Shown: one piece after another, positions 51,776 through 63,033 of the stretch
Layout: each line of letters opens with the position of its first letter
Position numbering within the stretch: position 1 is the first letter of the stretch
NCBI GenBank assembly: GCA_963715335.1
Contig: CAVQRZ010000005.1
Span: 128,001-192,000, forward strand
Reading direction: 5' to 3'
Source: an uncultured delta proteobacterium
GTDB taxonomy: Bacteria; Desulfobacterota; Desulfuromonadia; Desulfuromonadales; BM103
Length of the DNA: 64,000 nt
The notes under the pieces: generated by a model
What the model saw: the letters and a program-made list of their open reading frames with translations, nothing else
Databases searched by the model: none
Told to the model about the DNA's origin: nothing
Program-made: the position numbers and the translations under genes

Positions 51776-51808
51776 TCTCACTTCGCACCTCGTGCTTCGC
51801 ACTTCACG
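51776..51808. repeat. Unpaired heptamer tract
   Basis: TCTCAC TTCGCAC CTCGTGC TTCGCAC TTCACG. Confidence 0.7.
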
Positions 51809-51817
51809 TTAATTCTT

Positions 51818-51834
51818 AGCATTTGCCGTGCCAA
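51818..51834 (-). promoter_or_regulatory. sigma54 promoter of nifH
   Basis: TTGGCACGGCAAATGCT; NtrC-like TGCACA-N5-TAAGCA at about 51897-51913. Confidence 0.85.
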
Positions 51835-52130
51835 ACATTTCAGAGCTCAAGATTACAGATACTTACGAACATAATGTCCATCGTGCACAGAATTCATGCT
51901 TAAAGGTTGTGCAGACTTTGAGCAGGCTTGGTGAGGAAATCAGCAGAAAACGCCAGGCACTCAATTTTTAATGTGACTCACACGTTTGCAAATTCTGTTT
52001 TCAACCCTAGATTCCAAATATCCAAAGAAAATTGTGTATAATTTAATATCGTATGTATTGGTAATAAATGTGAAGTTCATCCCGATAGATGAAAATTTTG
52101 ACTTAGATAACCAACATAAGGAGACAACTA

Positions 52131-52736
52131 ATGACACTGTGGGAAAAAATTCGCGATGGAATTCACGATGTTTCTTCAAAAACCGGGGAATTCATCAAAA
52201 GTGGTGCTGAAAAAACCGCTGAGACAGCTACATACACTTCAAAGCTCACCCAGCTAACCTGGGAAAGGCGCAATATTCTGAAAAAAATTGAAGATGAGCA
52301 CCTTGAACTAGGAGCTCTGCTGCACAACCTGCAGAAAGAGAATCGGCTTGGTGATTTGAAAAAAGCAGCACAAGCCAACTTTGACAATCTCGCTTCCTAT
52401 GACAAAAAACTGGCTGACATCGATTCGGAAAAAGATCAGCTTGCTTCCCTGCATAACATTGGCAGAGAAGAAGAGACCTTTGCACATGATCTCGCTGAAG
52501 ACCTGGAGGCCGGTGGAGGGACCATGCAAAAAGTCACCATCAAGGACACCTCACCTTTTGTTGACAAGAAACTAAAGGAGATAAAGTTACCCAAAGAGGC
52601 TCTGATTGTTAATGTCATGCGGGGAGAAGAAATGATCATACCCGACGGCAGTACCGTGCTTCAGGCAGAAGATGGGGTTACCCTGCTTGGTAAGCAAGAG
52701 GACGTCGAAACCGCAGTTAAAATGTTTCAGGCTTAA
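52131..52736 (+). CDS. Coiled-coil + TrkA-C (RCK_C) domain protein
   Basis: C-terminal SPFVDKKLKEIKLP...RGEEMIIPDGSTVLQAED. Confidence 0.8.
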   Translation: MTLWEKIRDGIHDVSSKTGEFIKSGAEKTAETATYTSKLTQLTWERRNILKKIEDEHLELGALLHNLQKENRLGDLKKAAQANFDNLASYDKKLADIDSEKDQLASLHNIGREEETFAHDLAEDLEAGGGTMQKVTIKDTSPFVDKKLKEIKLPKEALIVNVMRGEEMIIPDGSTVLQAEDGVTLLGKQEDVETAVKMFQA

Positions 52737-52972
52737 ATCGAAAAGTCCGATTATAAAAAAATCTGTCTACATATCCGCTGCCCCGCAAGAAACCGGCCAC
52801 CTGATGCACCGCCAGGTGGCCATAAGTTTGAGAATTAAATAGCGGGGTGATATCGTGCGGGGAAATCCTGACCCTTTCGATGTCGCGGTTTTTTGCTTGC
52901 CAGTTTATACTTTCACCATAGAATTGAGGACATATTTTTTTTGTCACTTAAGAGGCTTATGCTAGGGGAACC

Positions 52973-55141
52973 ATGCACGACACCCACCAATTCCTGAGTG
53001 CCCTGGCAGTGGTACTGTGCATTGCGGCGGTCACTACCGTCGTCTTCCAGCGACTGCGCCAACCGGTCATCCTCGGCTACATTCTGGCCGGGCTCATTAT
53101 CGGACCACATGTGCCGTTTCCGCTGGTCGCTGACAGCAGCATTGTGCACACTCTCTCCGAAATCGGCGTAATTCTGGTCATGTTCTCCCTCGGCCTTGAA
53201 TTCAGTCTGCGCAAGCTGGCATCGGTTGGCCCCACCGCAACGCTGACCGCCTTGATCGAAACCAGCTTAATGATGTGGATAGGGTTCAATGTCGCCCAAC
53301 TGTTCGGCTGGACGACCGTTGAGAGCTTGTTTACGGGAGCAGTCCTCGCCATTTCCAGTACCACCATCGTTGCCAAGGCCTTCCAGGAGCAGAATATTAC
53401 CGGCCGCTTGCGCGAGAAGGTGGTGGGTGTGTTGATCGTCGAGGACTTGATCGCCATCCTGTTACTGGCGACATTGACTGCCATCGCCTCCGGCAGCGGC
53501 CTGACAGCGTGGCCAATGTCGATCATGGTTGTCAAACTGGCCGGCTTTTTGGTCGCCATGATTTCTATCGGACTGCTCATAATCCCAAGGGCGATGCGAC
53601 TGATTATCCAACTCAACCGTCCTGAAACGATTATTATCTCCAGCGTCGGCATCTGTTTTGCTTTTGCATTACTCGCCCAGGCTTTCGGCTACTCTGTGGC
53701 CCTTGGCGCTTTTATTGCCGGCTCTCTGATTGCCGAATCTGGGGAAGAGAAAAAAGTCGAGAAACTCGTCGAGCCGGTACGCGACATCTTTGCCGCAGTT
53801 TTCTTCGTTTCGGTGGGGATGCTCATAGATCCGAGACAGGTTATGCAGTTCTGGCAGGCAATCCTGTTGCTGACCCTGGTCGTGGTGGTAGGCAAGGTTG
53901 TTGGCGTCTCAGTCGGATCCTTTTTAACCGGTAGCCGGCTTCGCACATCAATCCAGTCGGGAATGAGTTTGGCGCAGATAGGCGAGTTCTCATTCATTAT
54001 CGCAGGGTTGGGGCTGACTCTCGATGCCACCGGAAGCTTCCTTTATCCGGTGGCGATCGTGGTTTCGGCGTTGACCACCCTGACCACTCCATGGCTGATC
54101 CGTGCCTCAGGCCCGGTGGCCAGCTGGGTCGACCGCACGCTACCCGGACCATTGCAAACCTTCAGCGTGCTCTACGGCAGTTGGATCGAGAAATTGCGCA
54201 CTACGCCACGCTCCCAGGGAACAGTCGCCAACCTCCGCAGGCTGCTGGTATTTCTTTTGATTGATGCGGCCCTCTTCGCGCTGATTTTAACCGGCCTTAC
54301 TACGTTCAGCGACCGACTGATTGCTCTGGCAAAGGAACACGTCGGATTACCTTCACTGGTCGCTTGGCCTCTGTTGATCCTTGTGGCGATCATATTGCTT
54401 GCGCCATTCTTTTTCGGTGTCGTGCGACTCGGCCGCAAGCTCGGTGCGACTTTGGCCGAGATGGTTATGCCGGCCAGCGACGTGAATCGGGTCGATCTCG
54501 CTGACGCCCCACGCCGTCTACTCGAAATCACGCTTGAAATCGCCATAGTTGTCATAGTCGGGGCCCCGTTGCTGGTACTTACTCGCCCTTTCCTTCCGGC
54601 GGGGGAGGCGAGCGCCCTGCTGCTGGTGATAATCGTTATTCTTGGCATCGCCTTCTGGCGCAGTGCGACCAATCTAGAGGGTCACGTTCGTGCTGGCAGT
54701 CAAGTGATTGTCGCCGCACTGGCAAAACAGTCTCGCAGCCGTGGTGAATCTTTAGCCCCAAATGATCTAAGACAGGTTGAACAATTGCTGCCCGGGCTCG
54801 GCGCACTGACCGTAATACGCCTTGATTCCACTTCGTCTGCAATCGGCAAGACCCTGGCCGAGCTTAACCTGAGAGCACTGACCGGCGCCTCGGTCCTGGC
54901 CATTACCCGTGCTGACGGACCCGTCGTTGCGCCGTCAGCTCAGGAAATCCTGCAGACCGGGGACGTCCTTGCGTTTACCGGGACCCATGAAGCCATCGAG
55001 GCAGCACGAAAGCACCTCCGCTCTGGGGGGAGAGCACAAACAACTTGGGCGACTGAGGTTAAAGGAAATTTAGGGATGGGGGCAGAGAACAAACGCAACG
55101 GTCTCTCTGATATAATGGCTGTCCCTGAAATTGTGACATGA
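52973..55141 (+). CDS. CPA2 cation/H+ antiporter with C-terminal TrkA-C
   Basis: GYILAG, SLGLEFS, ISSTTIV, VEDL, AQIGEFSFII; GKTLAELNLR RCK_C. Confidence 0.92.
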   Translation: MHDTHQFLSALAVVLCIAAVTTVVFQRLRQPVILGYILAGLIIGPHVPFPLVADSSIVHTLSEIGVILVMFSLGLEFSLRKLASVGPTATLTALIETSLMMWIGFNVAQLFGWTTVESLFTGAVLAISSTTIVAKAFQEQNITGRLREKVVGVLIVEDLIAILLLATLTAIASGSGLTAWPMSIMVVKLAGFLVAMISIGLLIIPRAMRLIIQLNRPETIIISSVGICFAFALLAQAFGYSVALGAFIAGSLIAESGEEKKVEKLVEPVRDIFAAVFFVSVGMLIDPRQVMQFWQAILLLTLVVVVGKVVGVSVGSFLTGSRLRTSIQSGMSLAQIGEFSFIIAGLGLTLDATGSFLYPVAIVVSALTTLTTPWLIRASGPVASWVDRTLPGPLQTFSVLYGSWIEKLRTTPRSQGTVANLRRLLVFLLIDAALFALILTGLTTFSDRLIALAKEHVGLPSLVAWPLLILVAIILLAPFFFGVVRLGRKLGATLAEMVMPASDVNRVDLADAPRRLLEITLEIAIVVIVGAPLLVLTRPFLPAGEASALLLVIIVILGIAFWRSATNLEGHVRAGSQVIVAALAKQSRSRGESLAPNDLRQVEQLLPGLGALTVIRLDSTSSAIGKTLAELNLRALTGASVLAITRADGPVVAPSAQEILQTGDVLAFTGTHEAIEAARKHLRSGGRAQTTWATEVKGNLGMGAENKRNGLSDIMAVPEIVT

Positions 55142-55225
55142 CGTTTTGCTGGTCAATTTCGACTGTCTGATAAAAGTATCCGACAACAAAGATATCGCGC
55201 ATTAGATTCCTTTGCTTGCGCTACA

Positions 55226-56176
55226 ATGTTCACCATGATTGTCTCTTCAAAAGTCCCTGCGCCTTGCAGCGGGATGAGCCTTGCCGTGTACCTGGCGACC
55301 CGCTTTACCTATTTGCCCGAAGCAGCCTGGTGCCAGCTGATCCGGGAAGGACGCATTTCCTGCCATGGCGCCCTGTGCGATGCAGCAACGACGGTGACCA
55401 AAGGGGACATCATCCGCTGCGACATGCCAGAGTTCGAAGCCCCTGCCAGCAATCTGGACTACCGCATCGTTTACGAAGATGAATGGTTGATCGGGGTCAA
55501 CAAGCCCGCCGGGCTGCGGGTTCATAGTGGCGGCAAATTCGTCAAGTCCAACCTGACGTACCACCTGCGCCACCTTCACGAGCCGGCCTACCCGGAGGCC
55601 AACCTGGTCCATCGGCTTGATGCAGACACCTCCGGCCTGGTGCTGCTGGCGCGTGACAAGGGAGTGCTTAGCGCTTTGATGGAGCAGTTCAAAAAAGGGC
55701 TGGTAGTGAAAAACTACCTGGCCGTGGTAGCGGGGCGCCCTTCCCCCGCCAGGGGCACCATCGACTTACCGATCGGCCCGGTTAAAGGCGCCCTGGTCCC
55801 CCGTTACGGGATCGACAGCAGCCGGGGAAAGGCAGCCGTAACCCACTACGAGACCGTCCGCTCGCTCACAGATGAATTGACCCTGCTCGAGTTATCGCCC
55901 GAAACCGGTCGGACCCACCAACTGCGTGTCCATCTGGCGGCCATAGGCCATCCGATTGCCGGTGACGCCCTCTACACCATGAATGACGGAGACTATCTCG
56001 ACTGGCTTCACCACCCCCCCGCACAGGCATCCCTGCGGCGGCAGGCGCTGCACAGTCATCGCCTGCAGTTTTTCCATCCCATCCGGCAAACTCTCAGCAC
56101 CTTGAGCGCACCACTGGCAAGCGACATTGAGAAGTTTATTGAAAATGTAGCCAAGGTGGGCGAATCAACGCCCTGA
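55226..56176 (+). CDS. RluA-family pseudouridine synthase
   Basis: VNKPAG, HRLDADTSG, TGRTHQLRVHL, GHPIAGD. Confidence 0.93.
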   Translation: MFTMIVSSKVPAPCSGMSLAVYLATRFTYLPEAAWCQLIREGRISCHGALCDAATTVTKGDIIRCDMPEFEAPASNLDYRIVYEDEWLIGVNKPAGLRVHSGGKFVKSNLTYHLRHLHEPAYPEANLVHRLDADTSGLVLLARDKGVLSALMEQFKKGLVVKNYLAVVAGRPSPARGTIDLPIGPVKGALVPRYGIDSSRGKAAVTHYETVRSLTDELTLLELSPETGRTHQLRVHLAAIGHPIAGDALYTMNDGDYLDWLHHPPAQASLRRQALHSHRLQFFHPIRQTLSTLSAPLASDIEKFIENVAKVGESTP

Positions 56177-57767
56177 ACAACGGAAGAAAAACGCGTGATT
56201 GGACGTAAAGAGCGGTGGCGTACGATTGACGATCCCGCGGATCGCCGCTGAACCCAACAGGCGCCGCTCGAGAAAGCGGCGTGCGGCGGCCCGGTTCCAA
56301 TCGCCATCGGCATGAAATTTCTGATAGAGCCCGAGAGGAGTGTCGGCTTCGATCGGCTCCGCCGCGACAATGCCGTATTCGTGCGGCTTTTCAAGCAATC
56401 CAGAAGCGCGCGGCAAGTTCATGATGGCAAGATTTAAGAACCCGATTTCGGCCGCGTGCAATTCGAGAAAAGCCAGCGTCTGTTCGGCGTCAGCCTCGGT
56501 TTCACCGGGGGTTCCGAGCATGATGTAAACAAAAGTGGCGATCCCTGCGGCCGCGAGGTTGGTCAGAATTTTTGCGACTGTTTCGAGCGAAACCCCTTTC
56601 CCAAGCCGGTCCAGCACACTCTGCGAACCACTCTCCAGCCCCAGCTGCAGCATGCGGCAACCGCTTTGCGCCAGGCGGGCAACAAACTCGGCATCCTCGA
56701 GTATCGGTTCAAAACGGACAAAGCCAAACCAGTTGAGATCCGCCAAAGCCTCGGCATGATCAGCCATAGCCTTGAGCATATTCACCGGAACGGCATTATC
56801 CGTGAGCTGGAGATGGCGAACGCCATAGCTGTCTGCCATCTGGCGCATCAACATCGGCAGTTCGGCGGGGCGGGCAGCGGTGTAAGGGATGGACCGGCGC
56901 AGCAGCCTCGGGGCAAAACAGACAGCGCTGCCAGTAGCAACCGCGCGAGGTGCTTAATGGCAGCACCGGCTGCGGTGAAAAGTAGTCGCCTATCCTGGCA
57001 AAGCTGAAGTCGGGAACAAAACCGATGGTCGTGGCATCGGCCAGGGTGTAACTCTCGTCCGCCTCACCTTTGGCCAGGGCGGTCAGCATCGCTTCACCGG
57101 GGCCGAAGACCAGCCGATCAAAGGGTGACATGCGCAGTTCGAGACGTCGCAGCGGCTCTTGCCAGGAAGTGACCAAACCACCTCCGGCAACCAGCAGAGC
57201 GTCAGGCAGGGCGCGGCGCAGCAACCCGGCCAGTTCAAAGGCCGGCAGGACCTGGTGCAGAAAATTGATCGAGATGGCGATGATGCGCGGCTGTTCCGCA
57301 ATGACCTGCGACACCAACTCTGCACGGAAATAAGCAGCAAAGAGGGTGTCTGCCGTACCGCTGGCGACCTGCTCAAGATCTTCCGGGTTGAACGGGGACA
57401 GGCTTGCATTCTGGTAATCGCCAAGGGTCAGACGCTCATTGCCGCGGTTCCACAGCGCCAGCAACCGGTTGAGATAGCGTACAGCGGTGTTGTAACGGGC
57501 AAAATTTTTCGTTGCCGCAGCCGAGCGCAGCAGCGACAACGAGGAGGAGCGATGACGCAGGGCACGGCGTAGATTGGTCTCAACCACATCGCCGGCCTGA
57601 GCCGCCAAACGTTCGCCATCGAGAAGGTAGAGGTAGGCAGCCAGGTTGGCGTCAATCGCTCTGACGCTCAATCCCTGGGCACGCAGGTGTGCCAGCAAAA
57701 CGGCCAAAGCAAGCGGAGGCTCTGCGGGCTTGAGCGCTGGCGGTTGGAGCAGCAAAACCTCAGTCAT
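56165..57767 (-). pseudogene. B12-binding radical SAM protein with +1 frameshift near 56884
   Basis: TSRGCYWQRCLFC in ORF 56796-57767; removing one T at CCCTTACACC joins it to LQLGLESGS...IMLGTPGET in ORF 56165-56854. Confidence 0.8.
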
Positions 57768-57892
57768 CGAAAAGCCTTGGAACGGAAGATCACCAGGTTC
57801 GACAGGGTAATACGGCTGGGATTAAAACAGGCATTATCACAATTCGGCGACAATCTATTTTGAGTGTCCCTGGTTCTACGGGTGGTTGGATC

Positions 57893-58060
57893 TCAACACT
57901 TTTTCCCGGCGGCCTTGTCCGGGTGACATTGGCAGTCATGACCTGACTCCGGGCCAGGGCGACAACTGCCACGCAGGCCTTTACGTTTGAGCAGCAGGCC
58001 GACTGCCAACCCGGCGAATGCGAGCAGGAAAAAAATCAAAGCAATCAGGTAAATTTTCAT
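57893..58060 (-). CDS. NqrM-like small membrane protein
   Basis: Single TM then LRGSC...CQC...C; lies downstream of nqrF. Confidence 0.6.
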   Translation of the reverse strand: MKIYLIALIFFLLAFAGLAVGLLLKRKGLRGSCRPGPESGHDCQCHPDKAAGKKC

Positions 58061-58120
58061 GAATCCAGCTTTTCGTGGTCCTCGAAGACGGACCATCGGG
58101 GTTATTATGAAGACTCGTCT

Positions 58121-58579
58121 TTAAAGATCGGCCAGCCCCTGTGAGTGGCGAATCATGCGCTTCATCGCCTTCTCTTCCTGGGTTTTCAAGGTTGCTATGA
58201 GATTGATCAATTCCTTGTCGGTGCTATGCTCGAGCAGGTGGGCAAAATAGCTGATCAGGTTGCTTTTGTAGCTGACCGCTGCCTTGACCAGCTGATCAAG
58301 GTCCGTCCTGGCGTCCTCGCCGAGGGTGTCCTGGCGCGCAACGGGGAAGGTTATCTCCACCCCCTTGAACCAGTGATCGAGGACCCGGTGCGAGGCATCC
58401 TGGCAGAACTCTCCCAGCGCCAGGGCCCTGTGCAGTTCGTGATCGATGAGGTAGTCGAGCATCAGGCGGACCCGCGGCGAAACGACACCGTCTGCCATCT
58501 CCTGGTAGTAGTCGCTGACCTTGCGATGATAATCCGGGGCCAGGTGCTGCAGGATTGTCCTTGTCTGTTCAAAACGCAT
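58121..58579 (-). CDS. Ferritin-like helical hypothetical protein
   Basis: YY...LLDYLIDHELH-like and QEEK helices; co-oriented right after nqrF. Confidence 0.55.
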   Translation of the reverse strand: MRFEQTRTILQHLAPDYHRKVSDYYQEMADGVVSPRVRLMLDYLIDHELHRALALGEFCQDASHRVLDHWFKGVEITFPVARQDTLGEDARTDLDQLVKAAVSYKSNLISYFAHLLEHSTDKELINLIATLKTQEEKAMKRMIRHSQGLADL

Positions 58580-58591
58580 GATCAGCTCCTG

Positions 58592-59821
58592 TCAGATGCC
58601 GAAATCATCAAACAAAATGTTTTCATATTCCACGCCCAGGTTGTAGAGCATCTCGGTGGCCGCCTTGTTCATCATCGGCGGGCCGCACATGTAAAACTCA
58701 CAGTCTTCCGGTGCCGGGTGGTCGGCCAGGTAGTTGTCGTAAAGGTACTGGTGAACGAACCCCCTGGGACCGGTCCAGTTGTCTTCAGGCAGAGGATCGG
58801 ACAGCACCAGGCGCCAGGTGAAATTTTCATGGCTCTCGGCCAGTCCATTAAATTCATCGACGTAGAATGCTTCACGCAGGCTGCGGGCGCCATACCAGAA
58901 AGAAATTTTTCGTTTCGATTTGAGCCGTTTGAGCTGATCGAAAATATGCGAACGCATCGGGGCCATGCCGGCTCCGCCGCCAATGAATACCATTTCAGCA
59001 TCGGTGTCTCTGGCATAGAACTCGCCGAAGGGGCCTGAGACCATGACCGTGTCGCCCGGCTTCAGGCTGAAGATGAAGGAAGACATCTGTCCCGGAGGCG
59101 CGTCAGGGACAGCCGGCGGTGGCGGGCAAACGCGTACATTCAGCATGATGATCCCTTTTTCATCCGGGTAGTTGGCCATCGAGTAGGCCCGCATGATCGG
59201 CTCATCGACCTCGGATTGGTACTGCCAGAGGTTGTACTTGTCCCAGTCCCCCCGGTATTCCTTGGCGATATCCATCGTCTTGTATTCCACGACATGCGGT
59301 GGAGCATCGATCTGGATGTAGCCGCCGGCCCGGAAATCCAGATCCTCCCCCTCGGGCAATTCTAGGACCAGTTCCTTGATGAAAGTTGAGCAACTCTCGT
59401 TGGAACGGACCCGGCACTCCCATTTCCTGATGGAAAAAATTTCGGCTGGCAGTTCCAGGTCCATGTCCTGCTTGACATTGACCTGACAGGAGAGCCGGTA
59501 CCCCTCTTTGGCTTCCCGCTTGGTGATATGAGCGGTTTCGGTCGGCAGGATGTCACCGCCACCAGATTTGATCTTGACACGGCACTGAGCGCAGGTGCCG
59601 CCGCCGCCGCATGCCGAGGGGATGAATATCTCGTGGTTGCCAAGGACGTTGAGCAGTTTCTCACCGGGATTCACCGATATGCTCTTGTCCTCATCCCGGT
59701 TGATTTTGAGCAGGACTTTTCCGGCCGGAATCAGCCAAGACCTGGTGATCAGGATAAAGACCACCAAGAGCATGACAATCACGGTGAATATCAGTACGCC
59801 TAAGCCTATCTCGATCATCAT
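58592..59821 (-). CDS. nqrF: Na+-NQR subunit F
   Basis: [43 protein letters not shown]. Confidence 0.97.
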   Translation of the reverse strand: MMIEIGLGVLIFTVIVMLLVVFILITRSWLIPAGKVLLKINRDEDKSISVNPGEKLLNVLGNHEIFIPSACGGGGTCAQCRVKIKSGGGDILPTETAHITKREAKEGYRLSCQVNVKQDMDLELPAEIFSIRKWECRVRSNESCSTFIKELVLELPEGEDLDFRAGGYIQIDAPPHVVEYKTMDIAKEYRGDWDKYNLWQYQSEVDEPIMRAYSMANYPDEKGIIMLNVRVCPPPPAVPDAPPGQMSSFIFSLKPGDTVMVSGPFGEFYARDTDAEMVFIGGGAGMAPMRSHIFDQLKRLKSKRKISFWYGARSLREAFYVDEFNGLAESHENFTWRLVLSDPLPEDNWTGPRGFVHQYLYDNYLADHPAPEDCEFYMCGPPMMNKAATEMLYNLGVEYENILFDDFGI

Positions 59822-59829
59822 TCCTGCCG

Positions 59830-60441
59830 TTACAACTGGATCCCGGAAAACGCCATAAAAGCCATGGCCATCAGTCCGGCGATCATAAAGGTAATGCCCA
59901 GCCCCCGCAGCCCGGCCGGAACATCTGCATATTTCATCTTTTCACGGATGCCGGCGAGGGCGACGAGAGCAAGAGCCCAACCGGCACCACTACCGAACCC
60001 GAAGACCACGCTTTCGGCAAAGTTGTAGTCCCGCTCAACCATGAAGAGGGAACCGCCCAGAATGGCGCAGTTCACGGTTATCAGGGGAAGAAAGATCCCC
60101 AGAGAGTTGTAGAGAGCGGGCACATAGCGGTCGAGGACCATTTCGAGGACCTGCACAATCGCGGCAATCAGACCGATATAGCAGATCAGGCCAATGAAGG
60201 TGAGATTCGTATCAGTCAAACCGAGCCAGGAAAGGGCCCCCTCCTTGAGGAGGAACTGGTAGATCAGGTTGTTTGCAGGGACCGTAATCGTCTGCACCAC
60301 GACCACCGCGACGCCGAGGCCAATGGCTGTATCCACCTTCTTTGACACGGCCAGGAAGGTGCACATACCGAGGAAAAAAGCGAGTGCCATATTCTCAATA
60401 AAGATCGACTTGATCAGGAGACTGAGATAGTGTTCGATCAT
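59830..60441 (-). CDS. nqrE: Na+-NQR subunit E
   Basis: [30 protein letters not shown]. Confidence 0.97.
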   Translation of the reverse strand: MIEHYLSLLIKSIFIENMALAFFLGMCTFLAVSKKVDTAIGLGVAVVVVQTITVPANNLIYQFLLKEGALSWLGLTDTNLTFIGLICYIGLIAAIVQVLEMVLDRYVPALYNSLGIFLPLITVNCAILGGSLFMVERDYNFAESVVFGFGSGAGWALALVALAGIREKMKYADVPAGLRGLGITFMIAGLMAMAFMAFSGIQL

Positions 60442-61065
60442 CTAGTTCTCCTCCTCAACCTGGTCGCTTTTCCATGTGCGCAACGCCCAGATCAACAAGC
60501 CGATGATGAAAAATGCGCTCGGCGGCAGCAGCATCAAGCCGTTGGGCAGGTACCAGCCACCTTCGCTGGTCGTCGGCAGAAGGGTCAAACCGAGCAGTTT
60601 GCCAGCGCCAAACAGCTCACGGCAGAATGCCACCAGCAGCAGGACAAGGCTGTAACCGAGACCGTTGCCGACGCCATCGAGAACACTGAGTCCGGGCGGG
60701 TTCTTCATGGCGAAGCCCTCCGCACGGCCGAGGACGATGCAGTTGGTGATAATCAGACCGACGAACACTGACAGCTGCTTGCTGATACCGAACGCGTAGG
60801 CCTTGAGAAACTGGTCAACGATGATGACCAGGGTGGCAATAATCGTAATCTGTACAATGATGCGGATGCTGCTCGGGATCTGCTTGCGGATCAGGCTGAC
60901 CGAGACGTTGGAGCCGGCGAGGACAAAGATAACCGCCAGGGCCATAACCACTGTTGTTTCGAGCTTGGAGGTGACGGCCAAAGCGGAGCATATCCCGAGA
61001 ATCTGCAGCCCGATCGGGTTTTTATTGAATATCGGGTCGATTAATACATCCCTGGCATTGCTCAT
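60442..61065 (-). CDS. nqrD: Na+-NQR subunit D
   Basis: [40 protein letters not shown]. Confidence 0.97.
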   Translation of the reverse strand: MSNARDVLIDPIFNKNPIGLQILGICSALAVTSKLETTVVMALAVIFVLAGSNVSVSLIRKQIPSSIRIIVQITIIATLVIIVDQFLKAYAFGISKQLSVFVGLIITNCIVLGRAEGFAMKNPPGLSVLDGVGNGLGYSLVLLLVAFCRELFGAGKLLGLTLLPTTSEGGWYLPNGLMLLPPSAFFIIGLLIWALRTWKSDQVEEEN

Positions 61066-61838
61066 TGCTTCACCCCTTCTTCTTCCAGTTTGGCAAGAAA
61101 AGTCCTGTAACCATTATTGCCCATCCAGTATTTAAGCAGGTTGCCAACACCCCGGGCGGTCAGGGTCGCCCCGGAAAGGCCATCGACCTGGTAGACAGCC
61201 TGTTCTGACTCCCTGTCAACCATGCCTTTCAGGACTTCGATGCTGGTGTTGCCTGCTTCGTCGTAGATGCGCTTTCCTGACCACTGCTTCTTCCAGTTCG
61301 GGTTGTCGATCTCTCCACCGAGGCCGGGAGTTTCACCGTGTTCGTAAAAGGCGAAGCCGATGACCGTGGTCAGGTCTGCATCAAGAGAGATAAAGCCGTA
61401 CATCGTCGACCACAGCCCCTTGCCGTACACCGGCATGATAACCTGCAGCAACGTGTCGCCATCCATAACCAGGTAGATGTCCTGGTAACGGGAGTGGGCC
61501 TTGATGCCGGCCAGGTCCTGCCCCTCCGGAATGAGAAACCGGGTTTCAGGTTCCCGGGCGAGCACACGACTGTCAAAGGTTGAAACATCGAACTTCGAGG
61601 AAAACTCACCCGTCTGCAGATCAACGATGCGAGTCTGGATGTTGCTGAACTGCTCATCAAGCGAGAGGCCGGGATCGTAGAGCCCTGCCGCCTGCAGGAT
61701 ATTCTTCTTCTTTTCTTCAGCCTTGTTGCGTTCCTGTCGCTCACTCAACCCCACGGCTGCAGCGGAGACCAGGATGGAACAGACCACGCAGAGGAGGAAA
61801 GCAACGGTCATGATTTTTCCGGTACTATCCCTGGACAT
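61062..61838 (-). CDS. nqrC: Na+-NQR subunit C
   Basis: [17 protein letters not shown] site DGLSGATLT. Confidence 0.97.
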   Translation of the reverse strand: MSRDSTGKIMTVAFLLCVVCSILVSAAAVGLSERQERNKAEEKKKNILQAAGLYDPGLSLDEQFSNIQTRIVDLQTGEFSSKFDVSTFDSRVLAREPETRFLIPEGQDLAGIKAHSRYQDIYLVMDGDTLLQVIMPVYGKGLWSTMYGFISLDADLTTVIGFAFYEHGETPGLGGEIDNPNWKKQWSGKRIYDEAGNTSIEVLKGMVDRESEQAVYQVDGLSGATLTARGVGNLLKYWMGNNGYRTFLAKLEEEGVKQ

Positions 61839-63033
61839 GCCTCAGCCTCCTCTTGACATGGACCTTGAGCACCATCTGATCGATCAACGGCGCAAAGACG
61901 TTGCCGAACAGGATGGCGAGCATCATCCCTTCCGGAAAGGCCGGGTTGATGACGCGAATCAGGATGCACATCATGCCGATCAGGAAACCATAGATCCATT
62001 GACCTTCCTCGGTCATGGCTCCGGACACCGGGTCGGTGGCCATGAAAACCAGGCCGAACGCCAACCCGCCCAGCACCAGGTGCCAGTGCGGGCCAATCCC
62101 GAACATCGGGTTGGTGCTGCTGCCGATCAAATTGAATATCAAGGAGAGGACCACCACGCTGCCGAGCCCGGACAGCATGATTCGCCACGAGCCGATGCCG
62201 GAAAGAATCAGGACTGCAGCACCGAACAGGCAGGCCAGAGTCGAGGTTTCTCCCATCGATCCGGGGATCAGGCCGAAAAAGGCGTCAAACCAGCTGGTCA
62301 CACTCATGACCGCCTGCACGCCGCCTTCCGCAGCATGGCTCAGCGGCGTCGCCCGGCTGATGCCATCCACGGCGGTCCAGACCTTGTCGCCGGTAATCTG
62401 TGCCGGGTAGGCGAAAAACAGGAAGGCCCGCCCGGTGAGCGCCGGGTTGAGAAAGTTCTTGCCGGTCCCGCCGAAGATCTCCTTGCCGACAACAACCCCG
62501 AAGCTGATCCCCAGTGCCACCTGCCAGAGCGGCAAGGATGGCGGGCAGATCAGCGGAAAGAGCGAACCGGTCACCAGAAAGCCTTCGTTGAGCTCGTGAC
62601 GGCGGACAATGCAGAAGAGCGCCTCCCACAGGCCGCCGACGATGTTGGTGACCAGGTAGATCGGTACGAACCAGGCTGCGCCAAGCAGCAGGTTGTCGAC
62701 CATGCTGTTCGGGTTGCCGCTGTAACCGAGCAGACCAAGCAGAACACCACGCCAGCCCTCGACACTGCCGCCGTTCAACTGCATGACGCTGTTGGCCTGG
62801 TAGCCGGTGTTCCACATCGCCATGAAGAAACACGGGACCAGGGCCAGCACCACGGTAATCATCACCCGCTTCAGGTCCATCGCATCCCTGACATGCGGAG
62901 CACCGCCGGTCACCTCGCCAGGGGTGTAGGTAAAGGTGTCGATGGCTTCGTAGAGCGGGTAGAATTTCTCGAACTTGCCGCCATGGGTAAAGTGGGGATG
63001 CAGTTTGTCAAGGAGGTTGCGAAGCGCTTTCAT
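61825..63033 (-). CDS. nqrB: Na+-NQR subunit B
   Basis: [29 protein letters not shown] site [14 protein letters not shown]; start ATG 63033. Confidence 0.97.
   Translation of the reverse strand: MKALRNLLDKLHPHFTHGGKFEKFYPLYEAIDTFTYTPGEVTGGAPHVRDAMDLKRVMITVVLALVPCFFMAMWNTGYQANSVMQLNGGSVEGWRGVLLGLLGYSGNPNSMVDNLLLGAAWFVPIYLVTNIVGGLWEALFCIVRRHELNEGFLVTGSLFPLICPPSLPLWQVALGISFGVVVGKEIFGGTGKNFLNPALTGRAFLFFAYPAQITGDKVWTAVDGISRATPLSHAAEGGVQAVMSVTSWFDAFFGLIPGSMGETSTLACLFGAAVLILSGIGSWRIMLSGLGSVVVLSLIFNLIGSSTNPMFGIGPHWHLVLGGLAFGLVFMATDPVSGAMTEEGQWIYGFLIGMMCILIRVINPAFPEGMMLAILFGNVFAPLIDQMVLKVHVKRRLRHVQG

Noticed and set aside
52795..52821. c-di-AMP riboswitch before the antiporter
   Set aside because: Only a single 9-bp hairpin; conserved ydaO motifs not recognisable
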